Source: Chlorokybus atmophyticus
Taxonomy: Eukaryota; Plantae; Mesostigma and Chlorokybus algae
Direction: 5' to 3'
Length of the DNA stretch: 64,000 nucleotides
Assembly: GCA_009103225.1 (NCBI GenBank)
Contig: RHPI01002990.1
Coordinates: 854,490 to 918,489, forward strand
Each line of letters opens with the position of its first letter. Positions within the stretch are counted from its first letter, which is position 1. The notes under the pieces were generated by a model. It did no database searches. It was given only the letters and a program-made list of their open reading frames with translations, and had not been told where the DNA came from. Shown in pieces: positions 10,818 through 27,349 of the stretch. The position numbers were made by a program, and so were the translations under genes.

Positions 10818-13299
10818 TGCCACCATGTACAAGAACCATGTGCATGCCAAGCTAGATAATGCTGCCAAGGAGCGGGCATGCTGTTCGCATGCCTTGCGGC
10901 TTTTCGGTTGATCTTTTGGAAAGGTGTGCAATGTTCATTGTCTGTTATGTATCTGCACATGATTGCACTGTAAATTGTTGGTATGGATGCGAGATTGCAA
11001 TTGCTTTGATTGGGCGTCAGACTAAGCCATTTCGCAACAGCCAGCTGAGCTGGCAGCTAGCGTGCAGCTGGCGCTGTGCCAGACGCGTGACATTGTGATG
11101 TTCGAGAGTCACAAGACTGCACATCTGATTGAGATGTCTGCCATTATTGCATCCTTTGGGTGTGCATGTGCAAAGCCAGTCAACCAACCACCAACAGCAG
11201 TAGCAAACATCCCACCCATGAAGGAGAGTCTATTCTGCGGCGCGCAGGGTAGACGGGGTGTTGGGTAGACAGGGTGTTGGGCGAATGGGGGGTTTGCAGT
11301 GTTTGTACAATGCAGCAAACGGCAGAAGGGTAAAGGAAAGCACTGAACCCCTCAGCGCTATGCTGGGCAGATGTAGTGGCAAGGGGAAGCGAAGGCAACG
11401 GTTCACCTGCCTCGCAAGCGCCCAGCCAATGCCAAGGGGCCAAAGCTGCTGGGGCCGCCATGTGCTGCAATATACCGCCAGTGCCGTTAGGAATGCTGCA
11501 ATCGGTTCAGCGCAGACATCACCGCTGCTGTGCAGGTCTCTTGCCTGTCTGCCTGCGCTGCCTTCTTGCTATGGTCGAACGGTCGGGTCTAGCTGGTCTA
11601 GCTGTCTTAGGCGTTGACGCGCTGGTCTGGGCTCTTAGCACACTTGTTGATATCTGCCTTGCTGATATCGCTGTGGTGTGTGTGCGTTTCGTGGCACATT
11701 GCATGTTGCATTCTTCAGCATCCATCCAGTATACTGGCACAAGAAGGCAATGCCAGTGAGAGGGCTATATGCAGAGGGGAAAGTGAGTAAGGCGCCCCTG
11801 TTGGTTGTGGGGAGGCGAAAAGGAGCGTAAGGGGACACAAGAGAAGTGCCGTGCTACTTCAGTATAACCGCGACACCCCCGCCGCCGACGCCGCCCACGC
11901 TGCCGCCATTGAGGGGTACTCCGAACGCAAATTTGAACATTCAAAATCTGCAGACTGAATGCACCTCAATTCCGATCACTCAACCCCGTTCTGGTCCCGT
12001 CACTGATTCGAAAGAGCGCATGTGACGCGAACACACAAACAGACGTGTTTGCATACCGTCGATGTCAATAACGTCATTCAACGAACACTACGGCCCGCTC
12101 CATTTCCACACAAGGTTCCGAGTCACCTAACGTAACTCTTGCTGCTAACGTGCAGGCGTACTGTCTCCATTGAGCACGGTCAGCGCAGCACAGGACTGCA
12201 CTGTTCAAGTGGCACAGCCTCAGTGGTGGCGTAGCCGCCGCCGCAGTAGGCCGTGGAGCTTGCGCTTTGCGGCTGTAGGAGGACGACAAGGAGGACGAGG
12301 AGGATGAGGAGAAGATCGAGGAGAAGATCAGGTAGGCAGCTTTAGGGTGGCGGGATGGAGGGCGATGGACTGGTAAAGCTGAGGTGAGTGTGCTGTGCTG
12401 GTTGGAGCAGCCAGGCAGGCAGCTAGCCTGCCGCGGGTTTTGCTTTCGACATTTAATGCGTGCAAGCTATTCATCAATTGTTGTCGTCTTTGCGCATATG
12501 CTGCTGAAACATATTTTAGATGAACATGGCACGGCGGGGGACACATTAGCAACAAGCGGTTTGGATCTGGGTCTGTTGTGAGAAGCACATCCCAAATGCG
12601 CTTAGTCCAGCATAAAACCCCAATTTATACCCTACATGCGTAGCTTTGTGTGACAGACTGCTCACAACGGACTGAATTGTCAAGTAGTAGTTGTGTGAGA
12701 TCATAAGCTACTTACGCTTTCCAGTCGTGCTACCACAAGCATACAAGCATGTTGTGATGCTTGATATCATATGAACTTAGCATGTTTGGGCTGCAGTGTG
12801 CCTCTATTACTGCAGAGCGTGAATTGGATTTGTCTTCAACTTACTTAAAGTAGGCTGAGCTGCTTGTGCTCCTATCAATATCAATCCAATACTGTCGTTG
12901 GCACGCAAAACTTGTACGTCAATTCATGTTTATCTAGTGTGTTGAGCCCCAATGCTCGCAACAATTTGGGGTGGGTGATTGCACGCAGCAGCAACATATA
13001 TGATTGTGTGTAGCAGTGCTAACCAGATTTATTGCCTGCCAATGCAGCAGGCTGCAGCGCTAGATGAACAGGTGACGCTGATGATGGCAGCGCCATCCAT
13101 GCGTAGCAATTGCTTACGATAATGGTGCAAGAGCTGCTGCCGCGCCTGAGTTTCGCAGCTTTGAACGCTGCAGACCACCATCACGATGGCGAAGACACAC
13201 TGTGAGTGACTGTAATCTACTACCACTCATTGTATAAATCCATCCACTGAGATTTATGCGTTTAGATGCACTGACACTTGAATGTTACTCACAGCAGCC

Positions 13300-16200
13300 A
13301 GCGTCAGTTTCAATCTGAACGCGCTTCGTGGCTATCTTCGCCATCGGAGCCGACTGCGGAGTCACAGCTGCAAGCAGCAGCGCAAACTGCTCGTCCTGCG
13401 GGACTCCAGCAGCGGCGCACCAGCATTGAGAGCCACTTTCGGAAGGCCCTTGCGCTGGTATAAGAAGCAACTACACACAGACAAAGTCGATCTCTCACAA
13501 TAGTGTGTGAGTGTAAAGCTATACCGCTTTCATTGCTGCGCAGGTGCACTCTGCCTCTGCCTTTCAGAACTCGCCGGGAGCTGAGCTAAGGAGGCTGTGT
13601 AAAGACAATCTTGAACTCTATGCGGAGCTTTCATACCTACAAAAGGTCAGAGGCTTGTCACGTCCCTTGTATATGTGTGTGTGCGTGCGTGCGCATGTGG
13701 GCATGCATGCATACATGCGGCTTCAAAGTGGGTTTGAATGCTTGCATACTGCGGATGCTTTGCGCAGACTTCTCGGCCGGGAGATCCGTTTGTGGCGAAA
13801 GTGGCCGAGCTTGAGGCGCTCAACGTGCAGCTGCGCAAGAAGCTAAGCGAAGCCCATGTGCTGGTTGGCAGCAGAGAGCGGGAGCTCGTCGACCTTAACG
13901 ACCGATCTCAAACGCTTCCAACGGTGAGAGACAAGTTGTGTATGCCGTGGGTCAATATATGTATGTATGTTGCACCTTTCTACAACAGTTGCTACCAATT
14001 GATCAACTTGTTTGTCATGGCTGGTTATTGGATACAACAACAACAAGCACTCTCAATGCTGCTTGATATAAAAAGTGGAAGGTGTCTCCCAATGGCGGTG
14101 GTATGGTGTTAAACACCACATCACGAACGGATAGGGTGCAGAGTTGTGTTGAGCATCTGTTGGCACACAGCAAGAGTAAGTCATAGGATGGCGACTGATA
14201 CACACATCCGTGTTGTGTTTTGCAGGAGGGCGAGTCAGCTACAGAGAAAGCAACGCAGAGCAGCAAAGCCGATAATGGTCAGTATGATATGCAGGTCGAC
14301 ATCAGATGCATGCATGTGTACAAGCCGCTTAACACTTGTCGTTCTCGGCAGCTGCTGACTTGGGACGGTTGCAAGAATTGTACCCTCGCGTCAATACAGC
14401 TGAGGCAATTGGCTCTTTCGCTCATTGACATTGCGATTGTCTTGCGACCGATTGTCACTCTGTCTCACCATTATAAGTGGATAATTGTAACTGTGCGCAG
14501 GAGGAGTCCTTACTTGTGGAGCAAGATGTGGTCATGCACAAGCGCATGTTGTACCGCTTGACGGTGAGTTCCATCGGTATGTGTGAATGAAACAACAACG
14601 AATAAGTCTTGCATGGCGGGATCCCGCATGGCAGGCAACATAGTATGCTGATTTGCTTGCATATGTGCCTACAGGAATACAAGGCCAAAGCTGTGGCTTC
14701 GATGCAACGACTGCAGTCGCACGTGTCGAGCATAACAACTCGTATAGCTGGCGCAGAGGGTAGCATTCGACAATGCGAGCAAGTGGAACTCAACACGCAG
14801 GTGTGGGCTTGTGAACATGTTGCGCACATCACGCCACAACTTGCAGACTTACGTGTATCTTGCCATTGTTGGTGCAGAACGCTATGGTTGCATTGAGACA
14901 ACACATCACAGAGTTGAAAGACGCGAAGCAGAGGATGGCAGAAACCGGACAGCACCAAGCACTAGTCTTGAAAGAGGTGCCTGCCTTCAATCCATCTGTA
15001 GTCTAACTTACGTCACAAGCTTTGCATGAACATCTCTCCTTTGCCTCAGCTGGAAGATTACAACTTGCAACGCGAGCAGCAGCGTGGAGAACTGCGGTGC
15101 CAATCGCCCTCTTTGAATGCAGTGAGTGACCTTTCAGTGCCACACGCAATTGATTCAGATGCTTTCTTCTGTCTCACCAATTGGCCCAACCTGTCCTCGC
15201 AGTTGCAACACCGTCAGTTGCATCAGACCAAGCGCATAGTCGTGACGACCTTGCGGACGGAAGCGGACAAGGCCAAACGTGCTGCTGTCGGACCCGTGAA
15301 CGGGACTGATGAGATGAAGCAACAGCTTGCCATGGTAGCCTTATTGGTACGTGATTCGTCATTGAATGTGCGTTGAGCCATCAGCACATCCGAGTGGCTG
15401 ATTGCATACACATACGCGTGCATGTGCGCAAACATGCACACATGCACAAACACAAAAGCATGCAACCGTGCATGTGTGCGCGTACACACATGCACGCACA
15501 TGCACACACGTAAACCCCCACCCACACCCAAACCCAAGTTCTCTCCTGTACGCACGCACACACGCACGTACACACACACACACACACACACTGCGATGAC
15601 AGAACGCCAAGGCGGATGTGGAGGCTTTGAGGGACAAGCGTACGCACGAGCGCGATGTGCTAAAGGCTCAGCTCCAGTCCATTTCTCTGATGGGCATGAT
15701 GGGAGCTGACTTCCTTAATGGGAGAGCTCCGCTCATCCAAACAGAACAAAGGTTGGTAACATTTACGTTGTCTTGACCACAGCATATATAAGCATGTGCA
15801 TAAGGCAACCCTGGACGTTGAGCACTGAGAACGGCGGCGTGCAGGTTGGCTGAGGCTGAGGGCAGTGCTGAGTCAGTCAGGCAGCAACTTGCACGCACCC
15901 TTTTGCGTGTTTCAGAAGTTCAATTCTGCCTGGAAGCCATTCGCCACCGCGTCGACCTCCTGCCACTACCTCCAAAGGTAGACACTGAGTTCTTTGCAAC
16001 AACACACGGTCACGTTGTGACCATGTCGGCGTGTGGTCTACTGACTGTTATTGACTCGTTTGGCAGCCCAAGCCTGAGGTTGTGCAGCCGCTGTTGTCGC
16101 CCTCCATGCTGGCCAAGCTACCGCATGTACGTTTCAGCAAGTGCTTCCTGGTGTAGTTGCTTGCAACATGCATTGCTCATGCAGAAAGCCGTTTGTGCTT

Positions 16201-17350
16201 GCAGGCGAAAGAGAGAGAGAAGTTGTTGGCTGCTGCGAAAGAAGCGGAAGAACCGTCCCCACCAAAGGAGCCGGTCATCGAGAGTATGGAGCACGTGCAG
16301 GACGTTCTCAGCAGGGTCAGTGCTTGTGCCCATTGCCCTCAGGGGTGTTCTATGCAACTGTTTTATAGTCCCCAACAAGGTTTCTCAACAGTGGCTTTGC
16401 ACCACAGGTAATGGACATGTTGCAAGATAAGGAAGTTGTCCGCCGTCCATCTCCGGTAAGGGAGCCCCATAGTAAAGTTGCGGAGTCCCACAGCAAACTT
16501 GCACTCCTCGTGCCGCCCCGTACTCCCGACCCTGTAAGCACGCTTATTACAACTTGTCATCTGAATGTGCGGTACCAGCCTGCACGCACGCGCAGAAACA
16601 TGAGTGCACACAGTATCTCTATTCCTAAGCGCGAGCTTACCCTCAAGCAGGTGACCAGCCCTGTGAGCCCATACAACTGTCGCGTGCGAGACTCAAAGTC
16701 TGCAGAGACCACAACGGCAGGTCAGCAAGCACAATGCTGCTTGTGCACCTTGCTTGCTGTAGACTCGTTCCACCATCACAGCGCGATGATCATCTTCAGC
16801 ATGAGCACTTACAACTCCTTTCTTGATAGATGTGGACGACGAGGACGTGGCAACCTTTGCGCTTCGCAGTCCTGCATTCCAGCGATACATCCAGATTGCT
16901 GGTACACTTCACTTGTGCACTTGAACAAGAGATCATCATCAAGCTCAGCATGTCAGTACACACTGCCACAACTCACGCACTCCATATACTCCTTATGTAG
17001 GTTCGCACGCGCGGGCCAAGCAGGAGAAGTCCCTCCGCACTCCCGACTTCCGCCGTCACCGTCCCAGCAGCAAGCAGCATTCCCCTAGCAGCAGCAGCGC
17101 CGCCAAGCGCAGCACTATCTTGGGCATCACCACTTCACCCGGCCGCGCGCGCTACAACAAGCAGCCTTCAGGACTTCACGACAGGTCCGTCTCGCTCATG
17201 TGGACGCAGAGGGGATCTACCTCCTACGAGGCGTTTGGGCCCTCAGGACCGAGAACGCCGGTCGGGAGAGGGGGTAGTGTTGTTGTGGGGGTGAAGGGAG
17301 TGAAGCAGACGCCGGAGTTTCACTTGCTGAGTGGGAGTGGTCCTGCTGAC
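13300..17350 (+). CDS. Multi-exon coiled-coil protein of unknown function (boundaries approximate)
   Basis: Series of AG/GT-bounded heptad-rich exons: ELRRLCKDNLELYAELSYLQK, VAKVAELEALNVQLRKKLSEA, KAVASMQRLQSHVSSITTRIAGAE, DVEALRDKRTHERDVLKAQLQ, AKEREKLLAAAKEAEE. These are followed by Pro/Ser-rich exons. Start and stop are not fixed. Confidence 0.55.
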
Positions 17351-17775
17351 TGAGGGTGTGCAGCAGATGTTGTGTGTGCAAGTTTTTAGGCTCCTGTTGC
17401 GGTACACAACTGGTATAGGTAGGGTTAGCCTATAGGTTGTTGACGCCAGCGCTTGGCGTTGCTGCCAATTCATCCATTGGTGCCCTCACAACCGCACGGC
17501 TTGGTTGTATGCACCCTTGAATGCTGTGTGCACTGCAACTATGACTGATACACAGCCGTACAGACGCTCGCAAGGCAAGCACAAGAGCTGAAAGTCAAAC
17601 GTGCTTGCTTAATGGATGGACAAAGCATCATATTGCAAAGCCTAGCATTAGCAGCCATGCTGCATTCTCCGCCATGCAAACTTCGAGGCGATTTGTATAA
17701 AGCTTCCCCTAGCCTGATGCAAGTCTGCACTGTACGATAGTGCTACCATAGTAAGGGCTGATGCGTTGCGCTTAT

Positions 17776-19312
<1,537 letters not shown>

Positions 19313-20102
19313 NCCCTCTGTCTCTATATGTATTGTATGTGTGGATGTATGTGCGGAGGTGACCCTTGGTTTGTTGATTACTTACTGTTCTCTTTCTTGC
19401 TGGCTTCGGTTCCTGATCTACTTTTCTGTGATTGAGCTCTTTTTAACTCGTTCCCATGCTGAATTTTCTCGCCAGTCCCATCACTCACGGGTACTGTTTT
19501 CCCAGTCACTGAAAAAACATGGGGGTGTTGCAGATGCAACTGTGCAGCACAGGCGCGTGGCGTATGTCACAGGGCGCAGTCACTCTTGTCTAATGCACAT
19601 GGCTACCTTTGCGTTGTTAAGTTGGTAACAGCCATACAGCCTGTGTGAATGACGCGGCCATGACTCAGGAGCAGGCATTACCGCAGCCTGCGCGTGCAGA
19701 GCACAGTGACTGTACAGGTTGGTGTGGTGGTAGCTATGCATACAGCAGGGCAGAGAGGTGGCAGGGTGTACTGTACCAACAATGCGGAACGGAAATGCAC
19801 ACGCATAGTGGCATGCACCGTCAGCAGTGCGTATTGTGCTACAACGAGACTGTGTGAGTGTGCGAGTGAGCCAGGGTGAGAGAAAGTTGAGAAAGAGGTT
19901 TGTGCTGGTATCATGCCCTCACCCAGGGCACACAGGATGAACTCTCAACAGGTGCACAGCTACGCTGAGATGAGCATGGGCGAGATGAAGGTATGACTGG
20001 GTAAAGCGTGTTGCTTTTTGCGGCACTGGGCGCTTGTGACACCATCTAATACACATGGCCACTTTGAGACATGTGCACATGCGCACGCACGCGCACACAC
20101 AG

Positions 20103-20853
20103 GCGGAGGCACACCCCGGACAACAGGCGCGACTACATGATGGTGTGGGCCGGCACCCGCAGTGTCAAGGACCTCGATCGCCTCCTCTCTGACGACTACA
20201 TCGGTAGGTGTGGTCTATATGTTGTGTCAAGACTTTTGTACGCAGAAACTGCTCAACTTCTGTGTATGTGTGTTTGCTGCGCAGCGATTCACCCTTTGGC
20301 TCCCAAAGATGAGCCCATCGAGGGCCGCAAAGCCCTGCAGGACTTTCATCAAGAGTTACACAATGTCTTGCAGCCCTTCAACAAATCGTGAGAGCAACAC
20401 CATCATCTCCTCATCATACGCACGCACACGTGCATGTGCACACATGTTTATGTGTGCACATGCGCAGGTATGAGATGATGGAGGGTCCCATGTCCAACGA
20501 GTGCATGTTCGGGTGGACGGTGCGCAGGAAGATGATGAACGACTTCCGCGATAGCAAGGCTTCCAAGGACTGGGTGACCATCTCTGGCTGCGAAAAGCAT
20601 ACATTCAATGACCAAGTAAGGCTGGCATGATGAACAATACATGCATACATGCATCAACAGGCACGCACACGTGCTCATGCGCGTATGCGTGCAAGCATGC
20701 ACACATGCACATACACAGGGGGAGATATGTCGCTCGGAGGTCTGCTATGACGGGGATTACCTGCTGAAGCTGAGATGGAGGGCAAGGTCAAGCACCCCAC
20801 ATACTTTGATGACGAACGCGAGCGCGGGCACGGGGGTTTCTTCAGCAACATAA
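20103..20853 (+). CDS. SnoaL-like/NTF2-fold protein (ends uncertain)
   Basis: Spliced exons: DYMMVWAGTRSVKDLDRLLSDDYI / IHPLAPKDEPIEGRKALQDFHQELHNVLQPFNKS / YEMMEGPMSNECMFGWTVRRKMMNDFRDSKASKDWVTISGCEKHTFNDQ / GEICRSEVCYDGDYLLKL. The pattern resembles the SnoaL ester-cyclase fold. Confidence 0.55.
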
Positions 20854-21434
20854 TCTGAAGAGTGTAGAGAAAGACAGTACGCGAACAAACACTTGCTTTC
20901 TTTCAGTGTATGTGTGCGTGTGGGTGGGTGGGTGGGTGGGTATACGTGACTGATGGCATGTTGTGTTGGGTTGTGCTGGTGGTCGTTAGCAAAAGGCACA
21001 GCTGTGTGTGTCGCGGTGCTTTGTGAATGCCATAAGCAAGGCACCGCTCCTTGACCGAACTTCTCTCAGTTGTGCACAGGCATGCACACGTACACGCACG
21101 GACATTGTCATCAAGCTTTATCGAGATTGAAGTTCAATAATTACGGGGCATGCGTGTTGTGTTCGACACGCATGCTGTAACTTCCAACAACAATGATGTC
21201 GACGTGCCGGCGGGGTGAGGGCGTGACTACGTGTGCCGTCTGGTAGTGAGCGCTGACACGGTGATGGCACTTACGCATATGTATGCATAGTTACTGTATG
21301 TTAGACTGCATTGCCTATGATGAGTATATATATTCACCTTGTCGTAATGTTGCTATGCACGAGCTAGAACCAAGGCAGAGCAACAGATTGTGTACATGTT
21401 GTTCATAGTATGTTGCATGCTGCTGGTTCAACCT

Positions 21435-22569
<1,135 letters not shown>

Positions 22570-25500
22570 NGGCTCCTATACTACTATACTGGCCAATGAC
22601 GGCATCTCTGAAACTCACAGCAACTTCAGGGCCTTGGGTGTGCAGAACAAGATGCATTGAGTTGCCATAATGATGGTACGCTGTGAGGTTGTTGACGGTG
22701 CTGCTTTAGTGTCAACAGCAGTGCGAATGAGCTTCAAGAGAGCCCAACACACTACAACATGCATCACCATATGTGACTAGTTCGGTTTGGTGGTTGGTTC
22801 AACCAAGTACGACGCTGCTTGAGAAAACCCATACATGCAGGTGCTTCAAACCGCCTCAAGAAAGTGAAGAGAACCACATGTATGAGAGTCCTTACCACCA
22901 AGGTTTGCTTTGACTATGGAGTTGCAGCTGCATGATGTCAATGGACTATGCATGATGCGTTGAGCGTGCAAGAAGCGAACCTGCGAAAGGAGATTGAAGG
23001 CCCCAGGGTACTGAGTTTCTGAGTTTTTGTTGTTTTGTTTTTGCTCGTGTGCTTGTCAGGGAGACTAAGTCATGATGATGGCCCAGCAGCGTGGGCAGCA
23101 TACCAATGTGTGGTCTACCCTGACCAGGCAGGAGGAGGCCTTGTGCTTTGCGGTCCTGCTGGGCCATCATGTTACTGAGGTCACCAGAGACAATGTCTCA
23201 GCAGAGAGCTGGGGAGAGAAGGGCCTCAGCTCTCAGCTCTCTGTCATTCAGTGTGTTGGCGACGGTGGTTGGCAGCGCCAGGGCTCAACAATAAAGAGCC
23301 TTGGTAAATCAGGGTCTTTTTTTCTTCAAGGCTCCAAGACGAGAACATGAGAGGTCAATAACATGCAGCAAGCGCTGGTTCAAACGGGGCAGGAGGCGGG
23401 GACCTCAGCAGCAGGGCCGGCGGCGTGGGCGTGGGCGTGAGCGTGGGCAATTTCATCACGGACACATCTCCTCGCTTCGTCTTGAAAGACAGTGCAGCCG
23501 GCGGCTGAACCCCTAGCCCATCCCAGATGAACAATGCTACACCTCCTCCACCCCCTCCTCCTCGTCCTTCTCTCACAGACAGAGCAGCAGTGCTGCACCC
23601 CCTTCCGCTCCGTCCCGTTTGGCATAAGCTCGTGCTGAAGACACTCAATGGGCCGCTGTACTAGCTGCTGCGTTACCATGCGTTCGTGCACGGTCTTAAA
23701 GGGAGCAAATCTGGAAGGAGGAGCAGGTCACCGGAAAAGAAGAAGAGGCATGACAAGAGTAAGTTCAAGATCCGAAATTTGTTCACAGACGTCCCACCAG
23801 CCATGTGGTGTGTGGCAATTTCATCATCACAGTGGCACTCGTGGGGGTGGTCCCAAGAAAGTAAGCTGTACTGGCACATCATACTCCCCCGTTCTTGCTC
23901 TAGGGTTTATGTTTGGCTGATCGCTGATCTTCGTGTGAAATGCTTGCAGCACGGTTCAATTGACTATACCGTTGTCCACGCTACTAGCGACAACCACCTG
24001 ATGCAGAAAATGATAGAACACAAAGAAACACTGGCTTATAGTGTTAGTGTGCTTGTGCGTGTGCGTGTACGCGTATGTGTGGGTACAGTAATTGTAGTGG
24101 CTGATTTGAGCTGGACTTTGCTGGTGGTCGTGAGAGAAGGCAAGGCTCGGCTGTGTCACGGTGCTGTGCGAGGCCCATTGTCAAGAAGCTGTGCCTCGCA
24201 ACAGACACTTCTTCCAGTTGTGCGCACGCACGCACACACGCGCTCACACCAAGTTGAGCAGCAACATACACTGTCTTCACACATGTCCCAGTTGGCAGCT
24301 CGGGGTCAGTGTCTTTTACCCTATGCCCAATGCCCACCACATGAGTACATGTGCAGCTTGTAGAGATCGCAGAACGATTGTCATTGGCATTGTCGTTGAT
24401 GTTGCGTCGGTTGTGTTACTTGTTATTGTTGTTGGCACATGTATGTTTATAGTGGTAACAGGACCTGTGGCTTATGCTTGCACCCACGAGAGAGAAAGAG
24501 AGAGAGAGAGAGACACCTACTCTAACCGGCCGCCAATTCAGTGAAAGGCTTGACACGCAGTCTACAATATAAATAAATGTGTATACAGTCCGTTGCTTGA
24601 GGTCATCTTGATGGCGGAGCGACGCATGCGCAGCAACTTTAGAACCAAGCGTGACTACACGCTTATCACAGGCAATGCACACCAACATCATGGTTGTCAG
24701 TGGTGATAGGGCATGCGTACAAGAGATGCGAGGTAGAACTCGGACATGGAAATCTAGGTGCACATGTTATGCCAACACCACCACAATCACTCACCAACTT
24801 GACCAACGGGCTAAGGCATGCGCTTGCATGCTATCCACCAACTACCCGTTACCTTAACACTGCCCTCTGTTAAACATGCATGCATGCATAGTGGCAGTCA
24901 CCTGCACCACCGTCTGGTCAGAGTGGACCGGTGTAAAATCAGTGTTGATCTTGTTGGGATTGTTGTGTGCCCGCGTGCGTACACAACTTTCATAATGTCC
25001 GTTGCAAGGCATAGCGTATTAACAACGGGTCCCACAAAACACCACGACACGCAGCCGTGCCTTACGTAACCCAGCAGCACAATTACCTGCTTAAAACCAC
25101 AATCACTCTACTCACACATACGCACGCACACTCTAAGCGTTTGTTCGGCCGATGTCAACGTTAGCAAATAGCTGCAGCTGGGTTTGTCCAGAGTTGCCGC
25201 AAGTGCGTTCACAAAAGCATCACCAAGCAAACCATGCTGCAAGCAATTACGCAGATAAGCCAACCCAAATACAAGCAATAAAACAAGGATGGGGCGAATG
25301 AGACGCAAATCTATAGTTCATCTCCTGAGGGCCACGCCTTGTGTTCCACGACCACTAAGATGTTACCATCATGGCCCAAGTTGGTAAAACTGTTTTGAAC
25401 AGCTACTGAATCCAACTATGTCATGCCTTTTCTCTCCCTGTGACTGGATCTCTCACATTGTCTAGCTTTTCTAAAAGAGTGGCTGAAGATTCTAGTGGAC

Positions 25501-26795
25501 GCATGGTAACACATCAGCCAGCACAGTGGCCCAATGGCGATCTTCAGCACGAGCTTCTACAAAAAGGACGAAGGGGAGGGGGTGTAGCACTGCTTTCTCT
25601 GTGAGGACGAGGAGGAGGGGGCGGAGGAGGAGAAGGCGGTGTAGCACTAATTATCGGGGATGGGGAATCAGCTGCCTGTTGCCCTTGCACGATCAAGCGA
25701 GAAAACGTGTCCGTCGAACGCGCCCGCCCACGCCACCCCTGCCGCCGCCCCTCCAAGGTCCCCACTCCGACGAACAATAAAGGCCCTTCGACTGAAAGGC
25801 TGTGTGCCAATAAACAAATGAACATATAGCAGGCTTGTCTAAACAAGCCAGGAGGCGGGGACCTTAGCTGGGGCGATGGCAGGGGCGTGGGTGCGCGGGT
25901 GTTGGGTATTGCTGGGAATGAGGTAGGAGGGAGGAGGGGTTAACGCATGTAGGCAAGGGTTTCAGAGGTTGAGTAAGTAAAGCCAGGGCACGGGGGGGCA
26001 TTGTGTGCGCATGTAGGTCCACCGCGCCACACTAGCATGGCTGATGAGCACAGATCTCCTCTTCCTTTGATCTTGCAAGGGCAAGCGGTTGCAGCTGACA
26101 GCCTAGCGCACATTAGTGCACCTCCTCCTCCGCCTCCTCCTCCCCCTCGACCTATTTGCAGACAGACCAGTGCTGCACCCCCTCCTATTCCTTTTTGGAA
26201 GGAGCTCTTGCTGAAGACACTCAACGGGCCAGCGGTTACCTTGGGTTCAGGATAGGCTAGAAGCTATGTCGTTTATTTCAAAAAGACCTCGAATGAACCC
26301 GTCACCATAGAGGCATGGAAAGAGGCATTGACTAGATTTGTTGAAATTGCGTTGAGTAAATGCGGTCGCTGTTTTGAACTAGCAGTTGTTGTGCTTTGGT
26401 GGTCGTTAGGGAAGGCACCGCTGCGCGCGTCACAGTGCATCAAGAGGCCTGTTGTGTGAGACGCTGCGCCTTGCAATACACATTGTTGCACACGCATGCA
26501 CACACGCTTGCACGCGCACACCAGATTCCAACATGGTGTTCACATGAACTGTTGTTGCAAGAACCAGCTGACAGCTTGGGCCAGTGTCTCACAAGGCACG
26601 CATGCCCGCCAACCACCAGCCATGATGTTGGAGTGAATTGCCTGTGATGATGTGTGTACAGAAAATGCAATCGGGGTATGTATTCACACCTTGTTTCAAG
26701 GTTGGTATGCATGCATTGTTTGCACCGTGATTAGCAGAGCAACCTACTGTGTACACATTGAGGATTCTCTGTTGCATACTCGTCGCAACATCCCC

Positions 26796-27311
26796 NNNNN
26801 NNNNNNNNNNNNNNNNNNNNNNNNNNNNNNNNNNNNNNNNNNNNNNNNNNNNNNNNNNNNNNNNNNNNNNNNNNNNNNNNNNNNNNNNNNNNNNNNNNNN
26901 NNNNNNNNNNNNNNNNNNNNNNNNNNNNNNNNNNNNNNNNNNNNNNNNNNNNNNNNNNNNNNNNNNNNNNNNNNNNNNNNNNNNNNNNNNNNNNNNNNNN
27001 NNNNNNNNNNNNNNNNNNNNNNNNNNNNNNNNNNNNNNNNNNNNNNNNNNNNNNNNNNNNNNNNNNNNNNNNNNNNNNNNNNNNNNNNNNNNNNNNNNNN
27101 NNNNNNNNNNNNNNNNNNNNNNNNNNNNNNNNNNNNNNNNNNNNNNNNNNNNNNNNNNNNNNNNNNNNNNNNNNNNNNNNNNNNNNNNNNNNNNNNNNNN
27201 NNNNNNNNNNNNNNNNNNNNNNNNNNNNNNNNNNNNNNNNNNNNNNNNNNNNNNNNNNNNNNNNNNNNNNNNNNNNNNNNNNNNNNNNNNNNNNNNNNNN
27301 NNNNNNNNNNN
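26796..27311. other. Assembly gap (N run)
   Basis: Run of N followed by a (CT)n tract. Confidence 1.

Positions 27312-27349
<38 letters not shown>

Noticed and set aside
11100-11910. Possible small minus-strand gene starting MAAAWAASAAG
   Set aside because: Early stop and no coherent spliced product or homology could be built.
15400-15592. Cys/Val-rich or His/Thr-rich ORFs in several frames
   Set aside because: Translations of an intronic (CA)n/(CACG)n microsatellite.
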